Assembly: GCF_009914755.1 (NCBI RefSeq)
Contig: NC_060932.1
Reading direction: 5' to 3' (one strand)
DNA length: 64,000 bases
Origin: the human T2T-CHM13v2.0 reference genome, Homo sapiens
Shown: piece after piece, positions 1 to 19,047 of the stretch
How the letters are laid out: each line of letters starts with the position of its first letter
Position numbering within the stretch: position 1 is the first letter of the stretch
Program-made: the position numbers and the translations under genes
Notes under the pieces: model-generated
Told to the model about the DNA's origin: nothing
What the model saw: the letters and a program-made list of their open reading frames with translations, nothing else
Databases searched by the model: none

Positions 1-563
1 TCCTTAGCCTAAGCCTGGTTCTCTGGTCTTCCCTGCAATCCTGTCAGCTACTCAGTATCTTTTAAATCAAGTCTTTTCTTTTTTCTTTTTTTCTGAACAA
101 AACCATAGTCAGCATCTGCTGCTTGCATCTAAGAACCTAAGTCATTTAATATTATTAATCTGATATCATCAAGGAGGGAATAAAATCAGAGTTTAATGAA
201 GACCTATTTGTCTATAAAGTCCATGCTCTTTCTAATATGTTGTGCTACAGAGATGGCTTCTTTTCCAAGCAAAGCTGCCTCTGGGTCCAGTTTTATAAGA
301 AAATCACTCTTGGCTCATTAAAACCTGTATACCCTTCTGCAGTGGCACCTCTAATGAGAGCAGGGACAGGCTTTCTCATCCTAACTCAATTCAGGGGTGT
401 CTGTGATGCTGAAACCATCTTCAGTTCATTCAACTTAGTGAGAAAAAGAGTGCAAAAAAATGGCTGTAAAAATAAAGCTTAGCATTGTGGAAGTGGCTCA
501 TTGACTTACTGTGTATCTTAGTTTTCAGGTCATTGTTTTGTCATCAAGTATAAAATAAAAGTA

Positions 564-883
<320 letters not shown>

Positions 884-1357
884 AAAATAACAATTTTAAA
901 GTAAAACCTGGTCATCTTCTGTTAGTGATGGCCAGGCTGTGTGAGGTGTTATAGAGCTGGAGCTGGGGCCCCGGTCACAATGTCTTATTCCACTCACCCC
1001 TGCTGTTTTGTGGAACGTGCTGTCAAGATTTATGTTTGTTTTGAAGTTAATTAGTCTGATGTAAACCTTATGTGCTTCTGATTAATTAGTTTGACACTAG
1101 CTAACTCTGATATGCATGTATGATCTGGGACAACATAGGTTGGGGGTGGAGGAGGGCTGGTGGCTCCCAGGAGGCAGTGGATGGGAGGTCTTCCCCTAAG
1201 AGGACACTCCATCCTCTCCATTCTCCATTTTATTCTAACAAAACCTGCATACATTTTACACTGACTTGGAGAAAAAAAAAAGTTCACAGCTCACACTGTG
1301 TTTTCATGACTCACCATTTTTCATGTTTGGACTAGTTTTCTGACAGTTTCTTTTTTC

Positions 1358-1389
<32 letters not shown>

Positions 1390-2423
1390 CAAACCTCTGG
1401 GTGTATTTTGTGAAATTTTGATGGTAGTTGTAAGTCTCCTTTTTGTGTACCAGAGCCCTTCATGAGGAAATACTTGCTTTTTCAGATTGTCTTACCTCTT
1501 CTCCTTCCCAGATTGATGACGAAGTCTTAGGGCAGTTTGCCATGTGTCGGTGGCTGGTGGAGGGGGTGTTAGGAGGGAGGGCTTCAGATCTGCAGGAGAG
1601 TCCCAGAGTTGTTTTCTGGCTCCCTATTGGACTCTACAGCCTGGTTACTCTTGTCCACAAGGTCACTGCTACCCCTGCCTGCTGCAGCCTGTGGCTGGAG
1701 AGCATATAAAAAGCTCACTTGTACAAAAGTATTTGTAAGGAGACTAGGGTCAGCTGCTTCTCCTCTCCTCTTCCTGCCCAAACTTTTTCTTCTATACCTT
1801 CCCCCATCTTCCTCTTCCAGTCCTGCTTCTCGGAAAGAACCAGTTAAGGCCCATCCTCCCTCCACAGGGCACCTAAGAACTGTGGATACCTTCTACATAG
1901 TGTGCAGGCTGCTGGCAGAAGTTCTAGAAGGATAAACTCAGACCTGACTTCTCCTTCACTGCACCATGTCCATGTGTTTACTGTGTGGTGGCCACTCCAT
2001 GCAAGACTCTTCCCACAGGACAAAATGTGGAACTGGCAAAAAGCCCTCCCACTTTTAGCTTCTCTTCAACCTATGTAATATGCTTCCTACCCCAACTTCA
2101 GATTTTGGCTTAAAGTAAAGAGGAGGTCTTGACCACTCCCCACTAATCTTTTTCTTCCCACAGTCTTCTGGGGTTGGAAGAAATTTCTAGGATAGCATCT
2201 GTCCTGTCTTGACTTTCTCTGGATCATAATAGCTGTCAAGTTGAAACAAAAGAAACTGGCTCATTTTAAGAGGAGTTTCAAAAATTTTATGTCCTATGAG
2301 TGTGTTTGTGTATGTGCCTGCGCATGCATGCATTTAGTTCTATTGAAATTGGATAGGTACATATTCGCTGCACCTTGTAGTTGTAACTTAATGTATAGCT
2401 TTCCTTTTGGAAAGTATGCATAA

Positions 2424-2777
2424 TGTATTAGTCTGTTTTTACCCTGCTGAGGAAGACATACCTGAGACTGGGCAATTTACAAAAGAAGGAGGTTTAATGG
2501 ACTTACAGTTCCACATGGCTGGGGAGGCCACACAATCATGGTGGAAGGCAAGGAGGAGCAAGTCACGTCTTACATGGATGACAGCAGGCAAAGAGAGCTT
2601 GTGCAGGGGAACTCCCCTTTATAAAATAATCAAATCTCATGAGACTTATTCACTATCACGAGAACAGGGGCAGGGAAAGACCTGCCCCCATGATTCAACT
2701 ACCTCCCTCTGGGTCCCTCCTACAGTACATGGGAATTCAAGATGAGATTTGGGTGGGGACACAGCCAAACCATATCA
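2424..2777 (-). mobile_element. THE1 (MaLR) solo LTR, THE1B-like
   Basis: tgtattagtctgttttt...gacatacctgagactgggcaatttacaaaagaa...ggggacacagccaaaccatatca, the typical antisense THE1 LTR of ~350 bp. Confidence 0.92.
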
Positions 2778-5245
2778 CACAGGTAAATACTTTAAATAAT
2801 TATTTTTTAAAAGGAGATAGGTGTTCATAAGGAAAGCCATCACCGGTTTCTCCCCTCTCTATCCCATCCTATTCCCCAGAAGAAACCATTATTACCTTTT
2901 TATACAAATTCTCTTTACATTTTCCTGCTAATTATATCTACATCACTAAATGATACAGCACCCTTGTGAGGAGGGAAACTGTCAGCCTGCAGGGATCTTC
3001 TCCCCCAACCTGGAGGTGAATTCAGAGGTGGATTCAGTGCTTAGGGGGTGGGACAACAGCTACATCAGCTGCATTGTCTCTGTACAGACTTAGAAGCATC
3101 AATTCCTCACTGAGAGCTCATTACTTACTAAATGTATGGGTAAGATCAAATCTACAGCATTTAAATTAAGCATGCCCAATTATTTACAGATGTCTTAAAA
3201 TGTGAAAACCACAACATTTATAATGAAGATTACCTATATGTAATAGGTATGTGTAACTGATGCACTGAATGTATGACTCATAAGATGGATAAAAGCTCTG
3301 TCTCCTGACGTCCCTTTCAACTTCATTCGGTGGAGGAAGACTTTCCTCAGCTCCTCAATAGAGTTACTGAAATAATAGACTGTCCCAGAGTCAATATATG
3401 TCACAAAATAGTCATAATTCAAGAGTTAGGAGCATCTAGTCCAAGCTGTGAATGAACACTTCTGTCTTTATTGAAAGACATGACTTCTCACCTTCTCCCA
3501 GCTAAGGTCTGGGGTGTACTCACTACCTGCACCCTTTCTAATTCTATCCCCCAGTGGATGTTCTATACCCCTCCAGGGGTGAGGCTTGGGGAAAGAAGAG
3601 AGGTCAGAAGGCATACAAGTGTCTCTGGGCTGAATGGCTTTATTCTCTCTGGGCTTGGCATGGTTTATGCCCACTCTCTCTCTTGTGGTGTCTTCCATAG
3701 GCTCTTTTGAAAATCTCAAATAGAGGACCTCTCACTTGGCTGTTCTTGACCCAGGAGATTGCCTGTCCATTCTAACTAGTCATTTGAACTTCCTTCTGTG
3801 GCCTTCAGGAACTCATGTTCATCTCTAGCCCCTTGCTGAAAGATCTCTTTGACCTTTCTAGAACACCAGAGGTGACCCCTCACTAGCTCCTTCTCACTCA
3901 TGGCACATGGGAAACACTCACACATTCTTTGCTTCAACAAACTCTGGGGATGGCCCCAACCCCAGTGACAAGGCAACTGTCCTGGCTCTGCAACCAAAGG
4001 CACTAAGTCACCTGGGCTTATACCTTCTAGTTTTTGCTCTCCATAAAATAGTGTCTAGCCCTCTGCCTCATATTCTGCTTTTATCTCTATCAGCACCCTA
4101 ATTCACTATGCCCTAAGCTTCAAGGGCTTCAGAGTAAGCTCTCAGTGGAGTCTGATTGGAATCCCTCTTCGCCAGCTTGTGAGGTATGGGGCTAGGTTCC
4201 ACAATATTCCCTTTGAGGGAGTAGATCTTCCAGCCTTCTGGGGCATGCTCTGAAAGTCCTCTTTGCAGAAGTAGCTCTTTAAAATCATATTCTCTTTCCA
4301 ATTTGACCTCTTTTTTTATCCTTGTTCTGTCCATGCTGTCCAAAGCATCTTGGACTAAGTTTTGACTTTTTTTTTAAGTGCTGCATTTCCATTTGACATT
4401 TTACCTTTGTAAATTTCTATTTTTTTACCTTTGTGACTTATTAAAATATTTTCTTTTCAAAAATTTAAAAGTGACATACAAAATTATATGTGTATGTACA
4501 ACAAAAGCTTAACTATAACACCTTGTTACATACTTTGCTATCCAGGCCACTGATCCTTTCTTACATAGTAAGTCAGCTATAGTTCATTAGCTTACAGTTT
4601 TTAGATACAAGTCTTAATCCATCCCTTCTCCTTTTGTATTCTTTACTTTCTGCAATATTTAAGACTTTTTGCGTTCTGACTAAAAGAAACCACCTGAAAT
4701 TGGCATATGCAACTGTTCATGAATGAGAACTCGCATGGAATTGAAAGGCAGGAATGCAGCTTGACCTTAGAATGAATTTGATCCAGGAACTAGAAGGTGG
4801 GTAGGAAGCCTAGAGAATATCCTCTCTCAAATTCACACACACACATACACACACACACCCTCCTTTCTCCTCCTCTCTGCGGGGCTGAAGTCTTCTTTCT
4901 TGACAGGCTGGCTTTCTTTGTTATCAATATTGGTGGTAAGAGGGAAATGATCACTGATGACATTCAGGTTCATATATTACAATGCACACTGCAAAGCCAG
5001 ACTTCTCTTATTTCTAGGAAATGGATCCTGATTGGCCCATATCTGATCAGGTGTTTGTTTCTTGCTGTAGTAAACAGGAGTGGCAGCAAAATGTTACAAC
5101 CACAGTTGCCTTTGGGAAACCAGCACAGAAGATGGGGGATAGTAAACAACACATGCACTGAAACATCTCCTATAATGCCTATGCTGATTTTTCTTGTTGA
5201 ATTGGCTGCCATCTAAGTGTCACTGCAGTTATTAGATACCTTTTT

Positions 5246-5734
5246 AGTATTCATTTTTATTGCTGTTGTAGCAAATTACCACCCAGTTGGTGGCTTAGAT
5301 CAACATAAATTTATTACCTTACAGTTTTTTAGGTCAGAATTCTGAAATGAGGCTCACTGGGCTAAAATGAAGGTATCACATGGCTGTATTCCTTTGGGAG
5401 GCTCTGAATAAGAATCTGTTTCTTTGCCATTTCCAACTTCTAGAGGCTGCCTGTATTTCTTAGTTCATGGCTCCTTTGCATCTTCAAAGCCAGAAATAGC
5501 TGGAAGAGTCCTTCTCAGGCTGTATTACTTACAGTCAGTGTCTTGCCTCTCTCTCTTATAAGGAATCCCATGATTACATTGGGCTCACCTGCATCACACA
5601 GGATAATCTGCCAATCTCAAGAACCTTAATCACATTTGAAAAGTCCCCTTAGCCATGTAATGTAACAGATTCACAGCTTCAGGAAACTAGGATGTAGATA
5701 TCCATGGGGAGGGAGCATTATTCTGCCTACCACA
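5246..5734 (-). mobile_element. MLT1 (MLT1C/D-like) MaLR solo LTR
   Basis: attgctgttgtagcaaattaccac...gggctaaaatgaaggt...attctgcctaccaca terminus. Confidence 0.85.
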
Positions 5735-6312
5735 GCTTTCATTTGTCTACTTTTTTGACCTGACTTCTATTTCTATGTTGTATTTGACCCCATGTTTTAA
5801 CGTTTCTTTTTCCTTCCTCTTTTCATGGCTACTTACCTTTAGCTAGTCACCTGCACCTAAAGACAGAAATGACATTCTAGTGCTTTATCTAGTCTACTCT
5901 GCCCCCTCACTTTATTGAGGCTACAGGAGTTTACTAAATATGTATTAGATTGACTAAAGGGAAAGATTACATAGCCAATAGATCTTGAGAACACATAATC
6001 TTGCAAGTTGCCAAAGGAGCAGATAACCTAATCAGTCATGAGTAAGAGAAAGATAAGCTAATCAGATGCAAGTAGGAAAAGAAAAAGCCAATGTCAGCAG
6101 AAATTCTTAATTGCCAAAAGAAGATGACATTGAATACATAGTGGTGATGCAAAGTGGTAAATGAAAAATGAAAGTCCAATATGATGTGTTTTTTTCCCCA
6201 AAGCTACTAAGGATCTTTTGCAAAGGATCTAGGAAGAATATCATTAATAATTTTAGCTATGAATAAAATCAGAAAGGTAAAATAATAATATATATTTATA
6301 TGTTAATTAAAA

Positions 6313-6486
6313 TAATGGCTATCATTTATTGGTAACTTAGTATGTGAGAGACATTGTGTTAAGTGCCTTATGTGTATAATAATGAAAATACTCCTGACAG
6401 TTGAGGTACTACCATTTGCAGTTTATGACTGCGAGACTAAGAACTAGTTAGATCATGTGTGTTGCACAAGGTCATACAACCTACTG
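6313..6486 (-). mobile_element. MIR SINE fragment
   Basis: catttattggtaacttagtatgtg...ttgcacaaggtcatacaac, resembling the MIR core. Confidence 0.65.
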
Positions 6487-7105
6487 GTCTTGCCTCTACA
6501 ACCTACTTGTCGTATGACTTTGTGCAACTTACATAGAGAAGCCTGATTATAAACCCCTGTGGTTCAATTTTACTCTATAGCCTCCCTATTATATACTTCA
6601 ATATCACGCACCCCCTCTCTATTCTCACTACAACCATCAGAGGAAGGCATCAAACCATGGGGAGGATAAGAGACTTGCCCAAGGCCACCCATATTTTGGT
6701 GGAACTACAATGTAGAGGCTAGGTCCTCTACTCCCAATCCACAGATGATAGGTCTTAGGCAGACACAAGAGAAGGGAAAATAAAGGAAGAATGAAGAGGT
6801 AAAAAAGGAAATGAAGTAGGAAAGTGAGACAAAGCTGAGAAGAGGCACAAAAGGAACTAAAAGTTGAATAAAACTTTATAAAGATATTCATGGTATGTAG
6901 TGGAACATACTGCTGTGTTTTCTTGCTACCTACCTAAAGTACCTGCATTATATTCAAGTGGCCAGGTTATCCCTGTTCTATGTCATTAACATCCACTTTA
7001 CTGTTTATGGAGACAGTTGCTGGTCCCAAGGGCCTACCAGCCTAGATATACATGTAGCACGTATCTCTCCCAGCTCATTAAATCAAGGATACAGAAAATA
7101 TATAC

Positions 7106-7692
7106 TTATGATTGGAGGACCTCTTAGAAGTCTGCCTAATTCATATCCCCTGGCACGCACGCCTGGCAAAATCCCTGAGTACTGTGGATATGATAGAATA
7201 GAAAAACCATGATTAAGTTATGCTACATGGAACCATTGACTTTAAGAAAGGGAGTTATCCAGGTAGACCTCATCTAATCACATGAGCCTTTTAGAGCTGT
7301 TGCTGGGGATCAGAGATAGGAAGTCATAGATTTGAGACACAGGAAAATGGCTTGAAGTTAGCAGAAGCCAAGTGGCAAGGAACTTGAGTATTCTTGAACT
7401 GAGAGAGTCCCCTGTATGAAGGTCAGCAAAGAAAAGGGACCTCGATTCTACAACCAAAAGGAATGAAATTCTTCCAACAATAAGCATAAATTTAGAAGTG
7501 GGTTTTTTCCTAGAGCCTTCAGACAAAAGCTCTGCCTGTGCGATGCTTTGATTTCAGGCCTGTGATATCCTAACCAGAAAACCCAGGCATGCCATGCTAG
7601 ACTTACAACCTGTGGAACTATGGCTTAATAAGTGGATCTTGTTTTAAGTCATTAAATTTGTGGTTGTTACACAGCAGAAGAAAACGAACCCA
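7106..7692 (+). mobile_element. MLT1 (MLT1E-like) MaLR solo LTR
   Basis: ctaatcacatgagcc...tttttcctagagccttcagac...gttttaagtcattaaatttgtggttgttacacagcagaagaaaacgaaccca 3' end; 5' boundary approximate. Confidence 0.8.
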
Positions 7693-7696
7693 CTAG

Positions 7697-11773
<4,077 letters not shown>

Positions 11774-12808
11774 TGTCCAGGCTTGGAAGTGCCTGCTCCT
11801 GCTCTCTGACCTCTCCCCATTCCTGGTGTCTGCTCCAGGGTGGAGCAAAGCTGTGACCAAGCCTGGGTGGTGTTGCAACCTGGCCAAGTATGCGTGTGCT
11901 TAGGGTGATGCTGACATACCAGCCCCCTGCTGCCTCGGTCCCCTCTGAACTTCGGGTGCCAACGAGCACAGGAGAGAGGCCAAGGAGGGACTGAGGGCAG
12001 CCTGGTGCAGGCACTCCTCAGAATGAACAGCCTGGGTACCATGGATGGCATGTTGATGGTGGCAGGAGGCAGGCAGGCTTCTGGGTGGAAAGGGACAGGT
12101 CCCCAGTGAGACCCCACCTTCAAGCCAGGGACAGCCTGAAACCTGGTGGCTGAGCTGCCAGTTCCAGGTGGAGTCTGTGGCCCAGAGTGAGAACTTATGT
12201 TGCTTTTTTCAGGCCCACTCATGGCCACCCATAGACAAATCAGCATGCACTTCTTCCCATCAGAGCCCATAAAAACCCTGGACTCAGCCAGACTTGGACA
12301 GATATCAGGACTACCAGCTGCTGGAAGAAGCTACCCTCTTTGACTTGTTGGGATGACCTGCCTGTGGAAAGGAGCTACCCACTGCAGGTCTCCTCTCCAC
12401 TGAGAGCTGGACATTCATTGGGATGACCTGCCTGCATAAAGGAGCTACCCACTTTGGGTCTCTTGAGAGCTGTTCTGTCACTCAATGTAGCTCTTCTCTC
12501 TGCCTTGCTCACCCCCCAGTTGTCTGTGTACCTCATTCTTCCTGGACGTGGGGCCAGAACTCAGGATCTTCTAAATGGCAGGACTGAAAGAGCTGTAACA
12601 AACCAGGCTGAAACATGCCTGTCTCCCACTTGCCATGTTGTGGGTGATGAAGAGAGAAGAGCTACAGCTGGTAGTGCAAACTGAGCACAGCCAGCTGGGC
12701 CAGGTGGGCAGAATGAACCCAGAGGGCATGAGTTATACTCAAGCAGAGGGCGCCGCTGGCCACAGAAGTTTCTGGCTGGCAAAGTGACACCCCAAGGATC
12801 CCATGACA
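11774..12808 (+). mobile_element. MER52-family ERV1 LTR, 5'-deleted
   Basis: GC-rich; repeated ggatgacctgcctg...ggagctacccact units; ends gctggcaaagtgacaccccaaggatcccatgaca; starts mid-consensus at caggcttggaagtgcctgctcc. Confidence 0.88.
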
Positions 12809-12859
12809 GCATGTGAGATATATCTGAAATCTGCTTCCTAGACAGACATACCTCATTTC

Positions 12860-13170
12860 TTCATCTTCACCTTTTTGCTCAACCGTCATCCTATCAGTGA
12901 GGCCATCCCTAACCACCCTACTTCAAGTTGCAGCATTTGTTTACTCCTTGGCAGGCTCTTTCTCCCTTCTCTGCTTTATTTTTCATCAATACATTCAGTT
13001 TCTTGTAAAATATTGTCTTTTAAAGATAATTATTATTTGGTTTCATCCCCTTTAATAAAATGTAATTTTTCTGTGAAGGCAGAAATTTGCATGTGTTTAG
13101 TTCATTCCTATCACCTAGGAAAGTACTTGAATTTTAGTATATTTCAAATGGAATTTGTTGAATAAAGAAT
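12860..13170 (+). mobile_element. L2 3' fragment
   Basis: ttgctcaaccgtcatcctatcagtgaggccatccctaaccaccct...atttgttgaataaagaat. Confidence 0.65.
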
Positions 13171-14329
13171 CAAATAAAGATTCCTGGAACAAATAATATG
13201 TACCTCTATCTTAACTGATGACCTAAACAAATATTTTCTATGTAGACTTCTCTAAAATTTGAGAATTGCAATTTAGAACCAAATTTAATCAAGTATTTGC
13301 CTATTTATTTTTTAGCCATAATACCTTACATCTTTAAATGAAGTAGAGGTTATCTCAAGGAGGATTTCGGAAGATTTTATTGTTCCTGCCATAATTTTTA
13401 ATGTAGAATTTTTCAAGAAGGGCATGCATATTCATCTTGTGATCAGAAAAAAAATTCAGAAATGTGTTTTACTGACTCTTTTTAATGTTTGGAATTGTGA
13501 ATATCTGGACTAAGGATCAATACTGAATGCCACTAACAAATGAAGTATGGAGTGTTACTAATTCAGGGTCATCCAGCATCTCAGTATTTGTCATCTTTTT
13601 ATGTTTCTTTGCTATGTATTTATGAGGGCCAAAAAGTAAAATTGCTAGATTCAGAATGTATCCTTGCCCCAGGAAAATTCTGTATATATTCCAAAAGATT
13701 ATTATAAGCAAAAGTAAGCTAGTTGGAATGAAAAGGAAATAGCACATTTCAATATTTATTTTTTTTCTTTAGCGCTTTTGTTGTTTTTTTCTAAGTTGAT
13801 TTCTGGCATGCATTTATTTTATTTTTATCCATGCTTAATATTACTGAGAACATGGCTTAAGTTTTATTCTGACTTTTATCACTTTCTTATACTTTTCATT
13901 TTACTAAAGTAAGAGAATGTTTAAGATAACATAGAATTTATATGAAGCCCCTTTAGAAGGCATACTAAGAGAATTTATAAAAAATTGTCTTAACACTTCG
14001 ATGATGTAGATATGGAACAAATAGTTGATTTGTTTTTGTTGATATGTTTGAGTTGAACATCTCATATGTTCAAGTTGAAATCTTGATTCAGCATGTGGTA
14101 TATTTTAGCTCTTTCTGAAATATTTTCTATGAGCCACATCTTACTGAAGTATCTGGGGGAATTTGCAGAATGTGGCAATTTTGGCACAGAATCTTCACAT
14201 TTAAATAGATGGCAGGATGCAGAAGAGAAAAGAGCCTGGGTTTCTCAGTTGTTAGGTGAATATGTGTAAGTCTGACTGCAGTATTTCAGATCTTGAGGAA
14301 TGTTGGATCTATGGCTTTTGTATTAGGAA

Positions 14330-14630
14330 CATATAGTGGTGAAGAACTCTGGCTCTGTAGTTACAACAGCTTGAATTAATATAGTCAATTGTAATTTCAT
14401 ATCAGAATAATCTTGGGCTTAATGTCTCTGAGTTCCAGTTTCCTCATCTGTAAAATGGGTGCCATTTTACACATATATTATAGCTACCTGCTTGTCTATA
14501 AATACCTTATTTTCCCCAAACCATATAAATTAGATGCTAATGCTGACTTTATGCTAATGATCAGAGAGGTTTAGTGATCCAAGAGCTCAAAATTAGTAAA
14601 TGGCAGAGTCTGGTTAAGGCTGACACAGCT
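14330..14630. mobile_element. MIR fragments (two orientations)
   Basis: ctctgagttccagtttcctcatctgtaaaatggg (+) and agagaggtttagtgatccaagagctcaaaattagtaaatggcagag (-). Confidence 0.65.
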
Positions 14631-16110
14631 CCAGTACTGCTGCTGTTCCCATTATGCCCGCAAGAACTGGTTGGACCTGTGGGATCCAACAGAAACAGAA
14701 ACAGACAATGAAAATAAGAGAGAGGAAGAGAAGTGTTAGGTCAGGGCCTAAGGATACTTTATTGACTTGAGTAAAAATGAAGTGAACCCTAATCATGAAA
14801 ATATTAAAAAATATTTTTAAGGGGAAAGTAGAGCCATCATATCACTTATCCAAATTCAACTATAGCACTCGACATAGATAATAGATACATACCTTTAAAA
14901 TCTATTAAATATGGACCTTCTATATTAGCTACTTTATCTCTGCTTGGTGCCCACCTAAAAAACAAAAAGCAGAAACAAAATAGCAGTTTTAGTCTATGTT
15001 GGGAGAGTGTACAAAAACACAATGTACTTTATGCGTGGTTTGGGGGCTTATTGAAGGTAATTATGACAATATGAATTTTTTTCATGTACTTCATTTTGGA
15101 ACATAACGCCTGTTAGAGATTTCATTGTGGTGCTAATGTGAGCTGTTTTCTATGGGTTAGATTAATTTTTGCATAATCGGTTACTATTCATGGATTTGTG
15201 CCAACATCTCTACGTTCTGCAAACAGCTATAACTAGCACTAAGTTGGATACATTTTATGGCAATATGTAAGTCTCTTATTTCCTGGTTTGCTTATACTTA
15301 GGTAGTTTGCACTTTATTCATACAGTTGTACTCATTTTCACATAGAAACATTGTTATAAATAATGGTTCCCTTCCCAGGAAAGCCATCCCCAAACCCTAG
15401 AAACTACAGTAGACCTGAAATACCCCCTTTATAATGAAAGCAACCCCACAATACCAATTTAAAAGTGATCTGCCCTGGATGACTCATAAAGCTGAACACT
15501 TACCCATGGAAATGCTTTGAAAGCCATGGAAGAAATGTGCCATCAAAATGTAAATATGTTTTCACTTAAAAAGAAAAAAAAAATTTCTCTGTGGAAACTG
15601 GTTTACATAGGATTTGGAGTTAACATTCCAGTTTTTCAACTGATTGAAACCAGTGGCTATTTTATTTACCGATGTTCTTTGGACTTAGTACCATCTGCTG
15701 TTCATTGTTAGGGCATGCAAAATTCCTGGGGTTGTATATCCTCCAGCAGATTTCTTTGCTGTGTTCTTTTTTTTTTTTTTTTTTTTAAGACTGTTGGTTC
15801 AACTTTTCTTGGTAGCTCCAGTATTCTTTTTTGCTAAAAGCTGTGTCTTGGTATAGTTCTTCCCTGACCTGAACTACCAATTCCTAATTTCCAAAGGAAA
15901 TGACAAAGCCTATGTAAATTGTTATAGCTTATTCTGACCTTGTTACCTGCACTAACATTTTTGCTTTTGCTGACTAGATTTTTTTCTTCCTCCCGTTTTC
16001 ATTTGTTTCTCAAACTAAAATCACTTAACTTACATTGTTACCAGATATTGTTTATCAGTACTTCACCCCACTAGCCCATGAAATAAAGCTCCCCCTGGTC
16101 TGTTGCTTAC

Positions 16111-16546
16111 TATAGAGGTTGAATTTTGCCCCCCACTCCCCACAAAAAAAGTATGTTGGTGTCTTAACCACCAGTATCTCAGCATGTGACCTTATTTGGA
16201 AACAGTCTTATAGAGGTAATCAAGCTAAAATGAGATTATTTGGGTGGGCCCTAATCCAATACGACTGCTGTCTTTATATAAAGGGGAAATTTGGTAAAAG
16301 AAAAAAAAAAAAAGACACATATGGAAAACACCATGTGAATATTGAAAATATTGGAACACACTGCCACAAGCCAAGCTCTGCCACAACTACCTAGCTAGGA
16401 TCTGGAGATTCTTCCTCAGTGCCTTTGGAAGAAGTATGTCCCTGACCATCCTTTGATCTTGGACTTCTCGCTTCCAGAACCCTGTGACTATCAGCTTAAG
16501 TCAGTTTCTGGTGTTTTGTAACTGTAGCCCTGGCAGATGAACATAC
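16111..16546 (+). mobile_element. MLT1B/C MaLR solo LTR
   Basis: gcatgtgaccttatttggaaacag...gggtgggccctaatccaatacgactg...gatcttggacttctcgcttccagaac. Confidence 0.85.
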
Positions 16547-18419
16547 CTCCTCATACTTTTGCTCATTCCATCTCTTGATATCCCCATCTGTGTTCCCAAA
16601 CCTTTCCAATTCTTTGCCTTTTTTCATTGCTATTCCTTTGTAATGGACTGCCCTGTTATTGCATCCATATATTCGAAGTTTACCTTTGTTAAGGTCCTGT
16701 TGCTCAAATACTGGATTGTTTATGAACATTTTATAAACAATAAACTTCTCATAAAAGGTAGGGGTATCTCCTCCATGAGCTACCTTTTTGAGATCCTCAG
16801 TTCAACCCCAAAAAGCCAGAAGTTTTTCTTCATCAGAGTCAGAGCCTGTGTATTCTGCTATGTATATTTATTAAATGAGTTACTGGAAGAAGATGTGAGA
16901 GATTCACAGAGAAACTGACATAATTAGGTGTAGTGCTCTGGGTTGGGGGTAGGAAGTCCACATTTATGGAAAGATGCATGGTGGGTGGGAAAATTGTCCA
17001 TATCTAACCCACATTTAGTTTCTGGGCATTCCCTCAGAGGCCCTAGACACATTTTTTCTTTATTCCATTTATCCCAGCTCAGCACAGATAGAAAAATCTT
17101 CCTCTATCATCTAAAACTGTTCTCCTATATTTTATTCTAGCTTACTCTTTTTAATACTTAGCATTTAATATGAAATTTATTTGGGAGTACAGTATGACCC
17201 AACTGATTTTCTACAAGTCAATTTTTTCCAACTCCCTTGAAATAACCCAGTTATTTTTCATTGTACAATGATTAGCATATATTAAAATTTCATATACTCT
17301 GATTGATTTTTTAGTTTAAGCTTACATTATTTTAGTTACTGTAACTCCAGAATAAATTTGCATACCTTGTAGGATGCATCCCTTTTTAATTACCTTTTTT
17401 TTTTCTTGGTAAAACACTTATTATCTAGATGTTTTAAATTCAAATGTATCAAGAAAAATTTAAATATATTCTTTGTTATCTTTGGGTTTAACTAAAATTT
17501 ATTCTAGTAAAATGGATATCTTTACAATATTTGGCACTGTCATTATTTAATATAAATTTTTATTCTTTAGAGAAACTTTGTAGTTTTATGAACACAGCAT
17601 ATTATTGAGGTCATTTATATTCATCTTATAATTTTGTTATTTTCCTTTCATTAAATTAGGAGAATGATTATTCATTTGGGAATATTTCATTTTTATTTGG
17701 ATTTTTTACTGAATGCTAGTAAAATGCTAGTAAGCTTTTAGTCAATTTTCTTGAGCTTTATCAGTAAAGAATTATTTAAATCAGAAAATAATTATTTTTA
17801 TTGTATTTTCCATGTTGTTACATCTATGTTTTCTGATTTTTATTGAAATTGGCCAGAACGTTTAGAAAAACAAGAAATAATGATGGTCAGAATAGGCATC
17901 CTTACTGATTCCCCTTTGAAACAAAAATTTCTCTTAACTGTTGAATTAAGCAAGATAAAAATTATTTGCTTTTTCAGCATCATATGAGATGATTATCCAT
18001 TTAAACCATTTTTGTAGGCTGACAGTTATTTGTATATTTCTCTTTATGTGCATTTCAGAATATGTTTGGAGGTTTTTTCTTTAAAAATTCTAAGTGCAAT
18101 GTTTATTGGATTCAATTGAGTTTGTTTATAGATTAAATTGGGGAGAACTTATATCTTTATAATGTTAAGTGGACGCATCCACAGAATATATCTCCATTTA
18201 TCCAGATAAATATATTGATTCTATCTCCGGTAATCTTGTGAAACTGTCCTACTAATTCTTAATGTTTGCTAATTTAGTTGTTTTTCTCTAGGTTGATGGT
18301 GATATTATCTGTTAGCAACATTTAAAAATCTTCCCTTATAAGGTTTACATCATCATCATCATTATCATTATATCATTATTCATCATATTGGGCAGGACCT
18401 CTGGTACTATGTTAAATAA

Positions 18420-18740
<321 letters not shown>

Positions 18741-18912
18741 AGTGGTAGGTATTCTTAATGGAAAAAGTTATTCTACTTTAAGTATATAATTAATCATAGA
18801 TAGTTGCATTTTTGGTTTACTTTTTGTGTGTGAATGTGAAGTTTAACAAGCTAAAGAAGTTTCTTTCAATTTCTAGTTTGTGATCAGTTTTTTCTTTGTT
18901 TAGTTAAAATTA

Positions 18913-19047
18913 TTTTATTTTACTTTTTTGCAAAGACAGTCTCACTACTTTGTCCAGGCTGGTCTTGAACTCCTGGCCTCAAGTTATCCTCCCATGCCAA
19001 CCTCCCAAAGTGCTGGGATTACAAGCATGAGCCACTGCACCCAGCCA
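18913..19047 (-). mobile_element. Alu monomer (FLAM_C-like)
   Basis: Single left-arm monomer ending gagccactgcacccagcc, with a short T-rich tail. Confidence 0.8.

Noticed and set aside
1700-1715. TATAAAAA box
   Set aside because: Isolated motif with no CpG island or supported downstream exon; common by chance in AT-rich DNA.
4100-4740. 76-aa minus-strand ORF (4113..4343) and possible rearrangement junctions; I have an unverified recollection of this sequence as a polymorphic complex structural variant
   Set aside because: No recognisable protein family, and a rearrangement or genomic location cannot be shown from one haplotype without alignment.
4797-5216. 139-aa ORF
   Set aside because: Starts in an old LTR-like/(CA)n tract and has no protein-family features.
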